Shown here piece by piece: positions 10,130 through 19,030 of a stretch of DNA of 64,000 nt; position 1 is the stretch's first letter; each line of letters opens with the position of its first letter. The stretch covers positions 32,212-96,211 of IMG/VR virus record IMGVR_UViG_3300043449_000692. One strand, 5' to 3'. The translations under genes and the position numbers were made by a program. The DNA comes from a virus. Under the pieces are notes generated by a model, which was not told the origin of the DNA, made no database searches, and was given only the letters and a program-made list of their open reading frames with translations.

Positions 10130-11124
10130 TACGGCTTGGATTGCTCTCGCTTGAAGTCAGAATCGTACATCATCTTTGCAAGGGAGATCATATCGTGCTT
10201 CGGCTCCCACTGCAAGACCCGCTTGGCTTTTTCAGGATTACCAAGCAGATACGGAACTTCGTTAGGGCGGAACAGACGGGGATCAATCTCCACATACTTG
10301 CGATAGTCACCAAGTCCCGCGTGGTCAAATACTACTTCCAAAAACTCACGAACCGAGTGGGTGCGGTTTGTTGCCACCACATAATCATCACCATGCGGTT
10401 GCTGAAGCATGAGCCACATGGCTTCCACATAATCACCAGCAAAACCCCAATCTCGCTTCGCGTCAATATTGCCCAGAAGAAGTTTTGACTGCTTTCCCTG
10501 TGCGATTCGTGCAGCAGCCATAGTGATCTTACGGGTCACGAATGTCTCGCCACGGCGTGGGCTTTCGTGGTTGAACAGGATTCCCGAACTTGCGTGAATC
10601 TTGTATGCCTCACGATACACGCGAGTCATGTGGTGAGCGTGGAGTTTAGCCACGGCGTAGGGCGAAACAGGCATCATGCGGCTGCTTTCAGTGTATCCTG
10701 TGTCTCCGTGGTCTGTTGAGTCACCAAACATCTCTGATGATGACGCTTGATAGAATCGTGTCTGTGGACTGACAGAACGAATTGCTTCAAGAATCTTCAG
10801 AGTTCCTCCAGCAATTCCGTCACTTGTATATTCAGGCACATCAAACGAAACAGCCACATGGGACTGCGCGGCAAGATTATACACTTCGTCTGGCTTGTAC
10901 TTCGCCAACAGATTGGTCATGGCTCCACCATCAGAGAGATCGTAGTAGCACATCTTGAATTGGGTGCAATCAATCGGGTGGTTGTAGATGTGATCGACTC
11001 GCTCAGTATTGATAAGCGAGGTGCGCCGCTTCAAGCCAATGACATAGTACCCCTTTGAGATCAGGAGATCCGCGAGGTAAGATCCGTCTTGTCCGTTTAC
11101 GCCAGTAATGATTGCTGTTTTCAT
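10129..11124 (-). CDS. gmd: GDP-mannose 4,6-dehydratase
   Basis: ITGVNGQDGSYLA, NLAAQSHVAVSF, YQASSSEMFG, SPYAVAK, LFNHESPRRGETFVTRKIT, RDWG. TAATG overlaps at both ends. Confidence 0.96.
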   Translation of the reverse strand: MKTAIITGVNGQDGSYLADLLISKGYYVIGLKRRTSLINTERVDHIYNHPIDCTQFKMCYYDLSDGGAMTNLLAKYKPDEVYNLAAQSHVAVSFDVPEYTSDGIAGGTLKILEAIRSVSPQTRFYQASSSEMFGDSTDHGDTGYTESSRMMPVSPYAVAKLHAHHMTRVYREAYKIHASSGILFNHESPRRGETFVTRKITMAAARIAQGKQSKLLLGNIDAKRDWGFAGDYVEAMWLMLQQPHGDDYVVATNRTHSVREFLEVVFDHAGLGDYRKYVEIDPRLFRPNEVPYLLGNPEKAKRVLQWEPKHDMISLAKMMYDSDFKREQSKP

Positions 11125-12539
11125 TAGATGTTCCAATCGCTAGTGTCACGCTTCTTGCCGAACTTCGCCGTGAAGTCCTTGGCACCGTATCCTGATCCGT
11201 ATCCGTCCTCTTCACCCTTTTGGATGTTCGCATCCATGAGGTCTTCCGAAACGCTGCTGTCAATATCATAGAACTTCATCTTGGCGTAGTTCAAGCCCAC
11301 GATGAACTTCTTGTTTGCAGCCTTGCCGTTGTAGCGGTTCTTCAACTGCTTCACCATGATCTGTCCTGCCTTCTCCAACTCATCGGTGGTGATGAGGGCA
11401 ATCATCAGGTCTGCGGTGTGGGGCAAGCCGAATGATTCTGAAGTATCCGTGAGGTCAACATCGGTGGACGAGAACCCTGCGCGGTTCACCTGTGTGGCAC
11501 TCACGATGGGAACATCCCGCTCCATTGCCAGACCACGCAACTCCTCGGCAATAGCCTTGATATAGCCATACGAGTTGATGTTGTTGCCGTGCTTGAATCG
11601 TGCAGACGAGCAGATGTTGATGTAGTCCACGAAAATGATGTCGGGGATGAACTGCTTCTTCAGGCGCAACTCGTCCAACAGGATGCGGAAGTGGTTCACA
11701 TTCGCAAAAGAGGTGGGGTATTCCTTCACGATGAGTTTACCGCTCACGCCACGGGTCGCACCCTTCAGTCGTTTCTCGTACATCTCAAGGGGCAAGTCCT
11801 GAAGTTCATCCATCGTGATGTCCATGATGTTTGCGTCAATGCGTTCTGCGATGCGCTCTTCAGCCATTTCAAGAGTGATGTACAGGACATTTCGGTTCTG
11901 CATGAGACACGCAGCCGCATGGTGGCACATGAACAGCGACTTGCCAACGCCTGTTCCTGCCATAATGATGTTCAGGGTCTTCGGAGAGATACCGCCCTTG
12001 GTGATGGTGTTGAACATCTCCAAGTCAAACGGAACCTTCCGCTCTACCCTGTGGTAGAACTCATGGCGAGACTCGTAGTCCTCAAGGAAATCGTGTCCCA
12101 CATTCGTGTCAAACGAAACCGCGAGAGCCTTCGACAGAATCTCGGGGAGAGCATGGGGAGTCCGCGCCTTGTCCTTGCCGTCTATGATCTGAATGGATTC
12201 AAGAATGGCATTGTAGATGGCTTTGTCCTTGCAGAACTTCTCGGTGGTGTCACTCAACCACTGCGTGTCCTGCTTCGGGGACTTCCCCATGTCTCCTACG
12301 AGGCTCTTGCACTTGGAGAACTCGTCCTCCGTCAATCCCTTGTTGTCTTCAAGTGCAATAAGCAGGGCATCTTTTGTGGGAATGCCCTTGTACTGATTCA
12401 CGAATTCCTTGATGGATCGGAACACAGCCCGATCCACGCGATCAAGGAAGTACTCCTCCTGCAAGAATGGAATGGTCTTCTTGCAGAATTCGCTGTCGTT
12501 AAGCAGCCCTGCCAGTATTGTCTTCTCGGTTTGGCTCAT
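11124..12539 (-). CDS. gp41: Replicative DNA helicase (T4 gp41-like)
   Basis: AGTGVGKS Walker A, ITLEMAEERIAERID, TSESFGLP, KQLKNRY. Confidence 0.96.
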   Translation of the reverse strand: MSQTEKTILAGLLNDSEFCKKTIPFLQEEYFLDRVDRAVFRSIKEFVNQYKGIPTKDALLIALEDNKGLTEDEFSKCKSLVGDMGKSPKQDTQWLSDTTEKFCKDKAIYNAILESIQIIDGKDKARTPHALPEILSKALAVSFDTNVGHDFLEDYESRHEFYHRVERKVPFDLEMFNTITKGGISPKTLNIIMAGTGVGKSLFMCHHAAACLMQNRNVLYITLEMAEERIAERIDANIMDITMDELQDLPLEMYEKRLKGATRGVSGKLIVKEYPTSFANVNHFRILLDELRLKKQFIPDIIFVDYINICSSARFKHGNNINSYGYIKAIAEELRGLAMERDVPIVSATQVNRAGFSSTDVDLTDTSESFGLPHTADLMIALITTDELEKAGQIMVKQLKNRYNGKAANKKFIVGLNYAKMKFYDIDSSVSEDLMDANIQKGEEDGYGSGYGAKDFTAKFGKKRDTSDWNI

Positions 12540-12894
12540 TTAGTCCAAGTTCCTCATCAAGTCTAGCCAGACGATCCATTGCTTCCTGACGCTCTTTGTA
12601 CTCGGGGGTTTCCCGCAACTTCTCAAAATACTCTAATGCGTCATCTGTAGTAGGGGTATCGTACATTGCTTCGGATCGGTCGTCAATCTCTTTCTGCAAC
12701 TTCTTGCCGTCTTCTGAAGCCTTCCATGCTTCAATCGCGGGATTGTCGCATGAGCAGACAAGAGCCTCATGGGAGTTTGGTCCTACGAGCATACCGTCCC
12801 ACTCGTAGCAGAAATGCCATCCTGCTGCAATCTCTTCAGGAGTCAGTTTCTCTTCCCAATTGTCCATCAAGGAGTTGTACCGCTCCTTACTCAT
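12499..12894 (-). CDS. Hypothetical protein between uvsX and gp41
   Basis: Fills the gap. Start at 12894 or 12900; the longer track ORF overlaps uvsX. Confidence 0.65.
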   Translation of the reverse strand: MSKERYNSLMDNWEEKLTPEEIAAGWHFCYEWDGMLVGPNSHEALVCSCDNPAIEAWKASEDGKKLQKEIDDRSEAMYDTPTTDDALEYFEKLRETPEYKERQEAMDRLARLDEELGLNEPNREDNTGRAA

Positions 12895-13936
12895 CTCCAT
12901 CTGCGGACTCCTCTGCTGGCTTCTCGTCTGATCCGTAGCAGAACTCCTTCTTCGCTGCGGCATCAATGGCTGCAAGAATCTCGTCCGTGTAGTACTTCTC
13001 GGGATTCTTGTTGATCTGCGACTCGAAAGCCGTCTTGCCGTTGGGCAGTTCAATCTTCGTGGACACCTTCTTGAAGATACCGTACTTGATGGCGACATCA
13101 AGCAGACCATAGTACTTGTTCAAGCCTGTCTCAAAGTTCAACTGCACATCCACCATCTTGTCCTGCTTCGTCAGGCGGCTCTTGTACGCCTTGCAGTGGA
13201 TGATGTTGCCCACCACCTCGTTGTCCACCTTGTCCTTCTTCTTGGACAGGTAGATGATCGTGGACGCGGCGTACTTCAGACCGCTGCCGCCGCCCATCTC
13301 CTTCGTGGGAACATACGCACCCACCACATCGTAGGTGTGGTTCGTCATCAGCAGGGGAATCCGTGCATGACCCAACTTGATGGTCAGAACGCGGAACGCT
13401 GCCTTCGTGACCTGTGCGCGAGTCATGTCGCGGGTGTTCTTGCCCTCTGCGGTGTCGTTCATCTCCTTCTCAGTGGACAACATTCCAAGCGAGTCAAGCA
13501 CGATCATCATGCGGGGACGGGTGTCCTTGTCTGCCTCAAGGTACTTGTCCACCGACAGCACACACTGGTGGCGGAACTCCTCCACCGTAGCCACAGGCAG
13601 CACAGCCACGCGGTCGGTGTCAATACCACGGGACTTGAGCAGATCCGAAGTGATCGCTTGCTCCGTGTCAAAGTACATGACCATCGCGTTGGGATCGGAG
13701 TTCAGGAACTCACGCACCACATTGAGAGCAAAGTAGGTCTTGCCCGTGGCTTGCTCTCCTGCAAGAGCCACGATCTTGTTGTCAGGGATACCACCGTGAA
13801 TCGAACCGCTCAACAGTGCGTTGAATGCATACGATCCCGTGGAGATGAATCCCTTTACATCGCTGCCCTCCAAGCCGTCAGAGGCTACGGTGGCGTACTT
13901 GTTTCCTGCTGCCTTCAGAATGTCCTTCAGTTTCAT
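12887..13936 (-). CDS. uvsX: RecA-like recombinase UvsX
   Basis: AGEQATGKT, YFDTE, LDSLGML, MGGGSGLKY. Confidence 0.95.
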   Translation of the reverse strand: MKLKDILKAAGNKYATVASDGLEGSDVKGFISTGSYAFNALLSGSIHGGIPDNKIVALAGEQATGKTYFALNVVREFLNSDPNAMVMYFDTEQAITSDLLKSRGIDTDRVAVLPVATVEEFRHQCVLSVDKYLEADKDTRPRMMIVLDSLGMLSTEKEMNDTAEGKNTRDMTRAQVTKAAFRVLTIKLGHARIPLLMTNHTYDVVGAYVPTKEMGGGSGLKYAASTIIYLSKKKDKVDNEVVGNIIHCKAYKSRLTKQDKMVDVQLNFETGLNKYYGLLDVAIKYGIFKKVSTKIELPNGKTAFESQINKNPEKYYTDEILAAIDAAAKKEFCYGSDEKPAEESADGDE

Positions 13937-14106
13937 AATCTCTCCAATGCTTTGGTCTGCGTGTCAATGAGAACCATCTCGTTCTCGTTAGCCCGTATTG
14001 TATCCAAGGGCGTGAGTTTGTCAACGATCATCTTCTGCGTTTCACGGCGCAGCAGGTCTTTTCGCGCTGCGAGAAGACCTTTCAAGTATTCAACATCTAC
14101 TTGCAT
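13933..14106 (-). CDS. Small hypothetical protein (57 aa, not in the ORF track)
   Basis: MQVDVEYLKGLLAARKDLLRRETQKMIVDKLTPLDTIRANENEMVLIDTQTKALERL; TAATG and ATGA overlaps with its neighbours. Confidence 0.75.
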   Translation of the reverse strand: MQVDVEYLKGLLAARKDLLRRETQKMIVDKLTPLDTIRANENEMVLIDTQTKALERL

Positions 14107-14435
14107 TATTGGGTTACGAGTTTGAGTCCTGCTGCGGTCGGAGCAACACTCGGAACCACGATGCCGTTGAAAGCACCATTGAATTCATTTGCAAGATCGG
14201 TTGCAGGCTCGGCGGTGAACATCACATAAGACGCAGGAACAGTCATCTTCTGCTCCTTCACCGATGCCATCCACGGCACGACAGCAATATTTGCACCGCC
14301 GCCCTTCGTGGGCATGGGAACAACCATGCACGGATTCTTGAGAGTGTACGACACAATCTTGTCACCTTCGAAATTTTCGGTGACCATTGCAATGAGTTCT
14401 TCGCCAGTCTGAACCTTCACGATCTTTGTAGCCAT
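14106..14435 (-). CDS. Conserved T4-like hypothetical protein, Sm-like fold
   Basis: KIVKVQTGEELIA...LKNP...PW motif; usual position after gp43. Confidence 0.7.
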   Translation of the reverse strand: MATKIVKVQTGEELIAMVTENFEGDKIVSYTLKNPCMVVPMPTKGGGANIAVVPWMASVKEQKMTVPASYVMFTAEPATDLANEFNGAFNGIVVPSVAPTAAGLKLVTQ

Positions 14436-14462
14436 GATGAATCCTTTTGTTAGGGGTTACTG

Positions 14463-14469
14463 TATGTAG
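14463..14469 (-). promoter_or_regulatory. Putative late promoter CTACATA
   Basis: Intergenic MTAMATA after the gp43 stop. Confidence 0.5.
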
Positions 14470-14477
14470 TGAGGCGG

Positions 14478-17030
14478 TCAAGCAAACAACGACTCAAGAC
14501 TATTTCTTTCTTCGGGACTCCATCCAACCGCATCGGTGATGGCGCGTAGAGGCTCAAGGAAAGTCTTTTTGAATTGAGTGTCGTAGTCAATGTATTTCTG
14601 AAGATCGAACTCCTTCGGCATCGTCACAGGGAATCCGATCACGCCTTCGTGGATGGGATTGGGAGTCTTCAGATAGATGAACTTCATCTTCTCGCCCTCA
14701 CCGATGGTGCGGTACTTCTTGCTCAAGCCCATCTTTTTTACAAGCGAGTTGTGGAGCAGGGCAGACTTTACCGCGATGGGCGTACCCTTCTTGTAGATGG
14801 TAAGCGGTGACGAGTATTCCTCCATGCCGTTCACGGATCGGGGAGAGGCGACTTCCTCCACGGGCAAGGACTTGAAGTCTCGTTCAGTCTTGCGGACAAA
14901 CTCCTGAAGCGTGGCTTCGTCCTGCATCAGCACCATCTCAATGGCAGTCTTCAGAGACTTGCGGACATAGGCAGGAGTGGATGAACGCGCTGTTTCCATG
15001 CCCATGATCTTGAACTTCGGAGTCTTGTAGCGAACGCCTTCGGCATCCCACACGGACAGCATATACCGCTTCTTTGCCGTCCACACGCCCTTCTCCGCAA
15101 TCACTTCGCGTCCCATTGCCATCTTGTTCGCGTAGGCATTGGTGCAGTCCGCAAGGGTGGCGAACTCCTTTTCGATCTGTGGCTGAATCACCCGCTCACA
15201 GAACTTGTCCAAGAAGTCCACCACCCGTTGCGTATCAGCCTCGCCCTTGAAGGACGACTGCACCACCTTGCCAAGTCTCAAGTAAACAGAATCGGTGTCG
15301 GACGCAATCACATAGTCCTCGCCCTCGGTCTTCAGGACGCGATTGAGAAACTTGTTCAGAGCGTCACCGATCCACTGGATGCTCAACTGCCCCGACAGCG
15401 TGATGGCTTCGGCAAGTGCCACATCAAAGAATCTGAAGTATTGGTTGCCGATTGCGCCGTATGCGGAGTTCAACTGAATCTTTCGCACCAACTGAAAGTT
15501 GTGGTACTTGGAAATCTCGTACTCAATCTTGCGCCGCTCTTCGGCTGGCGCATTCTTGTCCAAGTCCACCAACCGCTTCTGTGCTGCGATCATCAGCCCC
15601 TTGTAGTGCTTGCGTTCTGCGTACATCTTCTCCATGAGTTCAGGCAGGAAGCCTTGGCGGTCGCGCACGAATGCAACGCCGTTCGCTGCCACGCTCACGC
15701 CTTCCGCCTTCGCGGAGTTCAGATATTCAGCAGGGTCAATGAACTGCTTTACAGTCTCGCCGCGATTCCGTGCCAGCATGGACTCGGGAGAAATGGCTCC
15801 ACGCCGCCACACGGGATTAGGATGCTTTGTCTCGGGAGAGATGTTGTACTGCATGATGAGGTGGGGATACAGCGAGTTCAAGTCAAAACTCACCACCCAA
15901 TCGTGCTTGCCTACAAGCGGATCTTTCACATACGCACCCGCGTACTGATCGTCCTTCTTGTGTTCGGTCTTCTGCGGAATCACCATACCCTTGCTCATCA
16001 GGTGGTGGTGGATGATGGCATCCCATGTACGGACTTGCGAGAACACATCCTCAAAGTTCACCCGTGCCGAATACGCCAACGCCACCGCGAGTTCCATGAG
16101 TTTCAGTTTGGATTCAAGGCGATCAACGAGCCGCACATCTTGGAAGTTATACTCCATGAACTTCTGAAAGTTCTGTGTGTAGAACTCCTGAATGGTTTCG
16201 TATTCCGCATACGACAGTTTCTCTTCGCCCAACTCCACCTTGGAAATGTGATTGAGGGAGTAGGACTCCTGCTTCACATAGGTGAAAGTCTGATACAGTT
16301 CAAAGTAGTCAAGCGTGGCAACGCCGCTGATCACATACGCGGTCTGATCGCGTCCCATGCGATTCACCACAGTCTCGCGGAGTTTGCCCCACGGCGAGAG
16401 GGAGTTTCCCCATCCTTCTTCAAGGTAGTTCATCCGCGCCACAAGGTACGGAATATCAAAGAAGCGGATGTTCCAACCTGTCACGATGTCGGGATCAAGG
16501 AACCGCCATAGTTCAATGAACCCTGCAAGCAGTTCTCGCTCGTCATCGTAAGGAATGCAGGAAACTCCCTCGCCGTCAATATGAAAGTCCCCCAAGCCTA
16601 GCACATAGGTCTTGTCGCCCATTGAGATCGTGATTGCAATGACCCGCTCGGTGGGAGCGGATGGCGTGGGAAAACCGCCGTCACACGATGTCTCAATGTC
16701 CAAGTTGGCTATGCGGAGGCTGCTGAAGTCGTAATCGACTTCATTGGGAAACTCCTTGTAAAGGTACTGGTACACAAAGTTGGTGTTTCCGTAGATGTCG
16801 TAGTTGGAGACATCCTTGAAACGGTCAATGAACTCGCGGGCTTCCCCGATACCGTCAAACTGAATGGGCTGCACGGGCTTGCCGTTGATCGTGGTGAACT
16901 CTCCCTCGTCCTTGGAGGGGATGTAAAGCGTGGGGCAGAACGGGATGCGGAGATGCTGTCTCTGCCCGTTCTTCCATCCACGATACAGGATGTTCTTGCC
17001 ACGAATATCAACGGAAGTGTAGAAGTCCAC
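14478..17030 (-). CDS. gp43: Family B DNA polymerase (T4 gp43-like)
   Basis: ExoI DIET, GWNIRFFDIPY, SFDLNSLYP, KIQLNSAYG, SDTDS, KKRY. Confidence 0.97.
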   Translation of the reverse strand: MDFYTSVDIRGKNILYRGWKNGQRQHLRIPFCPTLYIPSKDEGEFTTINGKPVQPIQFDGIGEAREFIDRFKDVSNYDIYGNTNFVYQYLYKEFPNEVDYDFSSLRIANLDIETSCDGGFPTPSAPTERVIAITISMGDKTYVLGLGDFHIDGEGVSCIPYDDERELLAGFIELWRFLDPDIVTGWNIRFFDIPYLVARMNYLEEGWGNSLSPWGKLRETVVNRMGRDQTAYVISGVATLDYFELYQTFTYVKQESYSLNHISKVELGEEKLSYAEYETIQEFYTQNFQKFMEYNFQDVRLVDRLESKLKLMELAVALAYSARVNFEDVFSQVRTWDAIIHHHLMSKGMVIPQKTEHKKDDQYAGAYVKDPLVGKHDWVVSFDLNSLYPHLIMQYNISPETKHPNPVWRRGAISPESMLARNRGETVKQFIDPAEYLNSAKAEGVSVAANGVAFVRDRQGFLPELMEKMYAERKHYKGLMIAAQKRLVDLDKNAPAEERRKIEYEISKYHNFQLVRKIQLNSAYGAIGNQYFRFFDVALAEAITLSGQLSIQWIGDALNKFLNRVLKTEGEDYVIASDTDSVYLRLGKVVQSSFKGEADTQRVVDFLDKFCERVIQPQIEKEFATLADCTNAYANKMAMGREVIAEKGVWTAKKRYMLSVWDAEGVRYKTPKFKIMGMETARSSTPAYVRKSLKTAIEMVLMQDEATLQEFVRKTERDFKSLPVEEVASPRSVNGMEEYSSPLTIYKKGTPIAVKSALLHNSLVKKMGLSKKYRTIGEGEKMKFIYLKTPNPIHEGVIGFPVTMPKEFDLQKYIDYDTQFKKTFLEPLRAITDAVGWSPEERNSLESLFA

Positions 17031-17038
17031 GATGCTCC

Positions 17039-17302
17039 TTAACGCTCAACTAGTGCAATCCAGTCCTGATGAACCATGTCACCGCCATCATGTCCCTGAC
17101 CTTGGTTCTTGGTGCGATCCCACAGAACCTTGTCTCCAACCTTGATGTCTTCCGTTATCTTATCACCGATTGCGGTAACCGTAGCCCAAATGTACTGGGT
17201 TTTGACTACTTCATTGTAGATGATGCCTGCTTCGGTTTCCTTCTGTCCGCCAAGGTGCGACTGCACCCAAATCCATTTTCCAATTGGCTTGAACTTGCTC
17301 AT
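17039..17302 (-). CDS. groES: GroES-like co-chaperonin
   Basis: FKPIGKWIWV...ETEAGII...VTAIG...IKVGDKVL, 87 aa. Confidence 0.8.
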   Translation of the reverse strand: MSKFKPIGKWIWVQSHLGGQKETEAGIIYNEVVKTQYIWATVTAIGDKITEDIKVGDKVLWDRTKNQGQGHDGGDMVHQDWIALVER

Positions 17303-18255
17303 TCAAATACTCCTTCTAGGGTTTGTGGAATTGATTCTTTAATACGCTCTTCCGCAATCTTCACATATTCGGGATTGAGTTCAGTCCCGATGTAGTGCCG
17401 ATTATTCTTCATTGCCACCACAGCCGTGGTTCCGCTGCCTGTGAATGGGTCAAAAACCACACCCCACTTCGGGCATCCTGCAAGCACACACGGCTCAATC
17501 AGGTTCTCGGGGTACACCGCAAAGTGTGCGCCCTTGTAGCCCTTGGCGTTCACCGTCCACACCGACCGCTTGTTCTTCGTGGGATTCTCTTCCCACTCCT
17601 TGCCCTGTAGCCCGTGGTGCTTTAGTTTGGGATCGGTGGTTCCGTCACGCATCTCGGAGCGGTCGCGGGTTCCCCAGTTACGAGCGGGTTCCTTGACCGC
17701 TTCGTGATCGTAGTAATACTTTGGCTTCTTGGACAGAAGGAAGATGTACTCATGCGACTTGGTGCAGCGATCTTCCACGCTCTCGGGCATGGGGTTAGGC
17801 TTGCTCCAAATAATGTCCTGCCGCAGATACCACCCGTCCGCTTGCAGCGCAAAGGCTACGCGCCACGGAATACCGATCAAGTCCTTTGTCTTCAGCCCCT
17901 TCTGATCCTTGCGATTGGCAGGAACAAAGTCTGAAGGCATTCCACGCTGACCGCCCTGCGTCTGCGGGGGCGGGGCGCAGTTCTTTGCGCTCATGTACGA
18001 GTCACCAAGGTTCAGCCACAGCGTACCGTCATCACGCAGGATGCGGCGCACCTCGCGGAACACCTCGGTCATCTTCTGCACATAGCCCTCAACGGTGTCC
18101 TCCTGTCCGATCTCGCTGTCCCCGCCACCATAGTCGCGGAGTCCAAAGTACGGTGGGGATGTGATGCAAGTGTGGATAATGCCATCGGGCAAAGTCTTCA
18201 TGCCCTCAATGCAGTCACCCGTGATGATGCGGTAGTGTGGTTGGTGGTTGGTCAT
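17299..18255 (-). CDS. DNA amino-methyltransferase (N4-C/N6-A, beta class)
   Basis: Catalytic TSPPY precedes the SAM-binding DPFTGSGTT; HFAVYP. Confidence 0.92.
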   Translation of the reverse strand: MTNHQPHYRIITGDCIEGMKTLPDGIIHTCITSPPYFGLRDYGGGDSEIGQEDTVEGYVQKMTEVFREVRRILRDDGTLWLNLGDSYMSAKNCAPPPQTQGGQRGMPSDFVPANRKDQKGLKTKDLIGIPWRVAFALQADGWYLRQDIIWSKPNPMPESVEDRCTKSHEYIFLLSKKPKYYYDHEAVKEPARNWGTRDRSEMRDGTTDPKLKHHGLQGKEWEENPTKNKRSVWTVNAKGYKGAHFAVYPENLIEPCVLAGCPKWGVVFDPFTGSGTTAVVAMKNNRHYIGTELNPEYVKIAEERIKESIPQTLEGVFE

Positions 18256-18647
18256 TAGATGTCCCCGTATCCCACACCACGCTCAAAGTACCGCTCTTCG
18301 TGCTGCTCAAATCCAAAGCACTCCCGTGCGTAGTCAAGAATGATCTGCTTGTCAAACTTGTTGCACGAATACACATCAAGCGTGATGAAGTGGGTGGGTT
18401 CAATGGAGTGAATCTGAATGCCGCTCTCAATAAGCGGAACCCAACCACTTACTCCTGCTTTTTCGGGGAACATCTCTACACCGTAAAGAGTTGGTGCATG
18501 GATCACGAAAGGCTGACTCATGCGGGTCATGCCGATCTTGTCCACCACGCGCTCAAGAAAGCGGTAGTGCAGTTCCAAGTCATCCGCTGCTCCTGCGCGG
18601 CAACGGTACATATCAAGGTAATACGAATATCCGAATGGCTTGCTCAC
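18255..18647 (-). CDS. speD: Pyruvoyl-dependent S-adenosylmethionine decarboxylase-like proenzyme (divergent)
   Basis: GVSGWVPLIE|SGIQIHS...LDVYSC; GTG start in a GTGA overlap with AGGAG RBS. Confidence 0.72.
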   Translation of the reverse strand: MSKPFGYSYYLDMYRCRAGAADDLELHYRFLERVVDKIGMTRMSQPFVIHAPTLYGVEMFPEKAGVSGWVPLIESGIQIHSIEPTHFITLDVYSCNKFDKQIILDYARECFGFEQHEERYFERGVGYGDI

Positions 18648-19030
18648 TTGCTCATCTCCTTTACAATCTTGTTCCAATACTTCACGGTCGCGCTACGCTT
18701 ATGACCCCGTGGTCCGCCGTTGTGTATTCTCGCCAACTGCTCAATGGTCGCGTCCTTCGGAGCATACCGCGCCCAATACGCACGAATGATCTTTTCGGCA
18801 TACGCCTTGTCCATGCAGTCTTCATACTTCCCGCCGATGGACTTGTCGTGTTCCACAGCGTCCTGCCAATACTCACGCCAAATCTGATACGGACCAATCG
18901 CCTTCCCGCCATCACCAACGAGATTCTTACCGCGATTCGACTCCACGGTGTACATGGCATCAAGCAGGGGGCGGGTATCAACGCTAGGAGGAACGAGGCA
19001 GAGAACGGTAGAGAGAATCAAACCAAACAT
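18644..19030 (-). CDS. Invertebrate-type (destabilase-like) lysozyme with hydrophobic N-terminus
   Basis: VES, GPYQIWREYWQDA, AYWARY, ARIHNGGPRG, YWNKI. Confidence 0.8.
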   Translation of the reverse strand: MFGLILSTVLCLVPPSVDTRPLLDAMYTVESNRGKNLVGDGGKAIGPYQIWREYWQDAVEHDKSIGGKYEDCMDKAYAEKIIRAYWARYAPKDATIEQLARIHNGGPRGHKRSATVKYWNKIVKEMSK

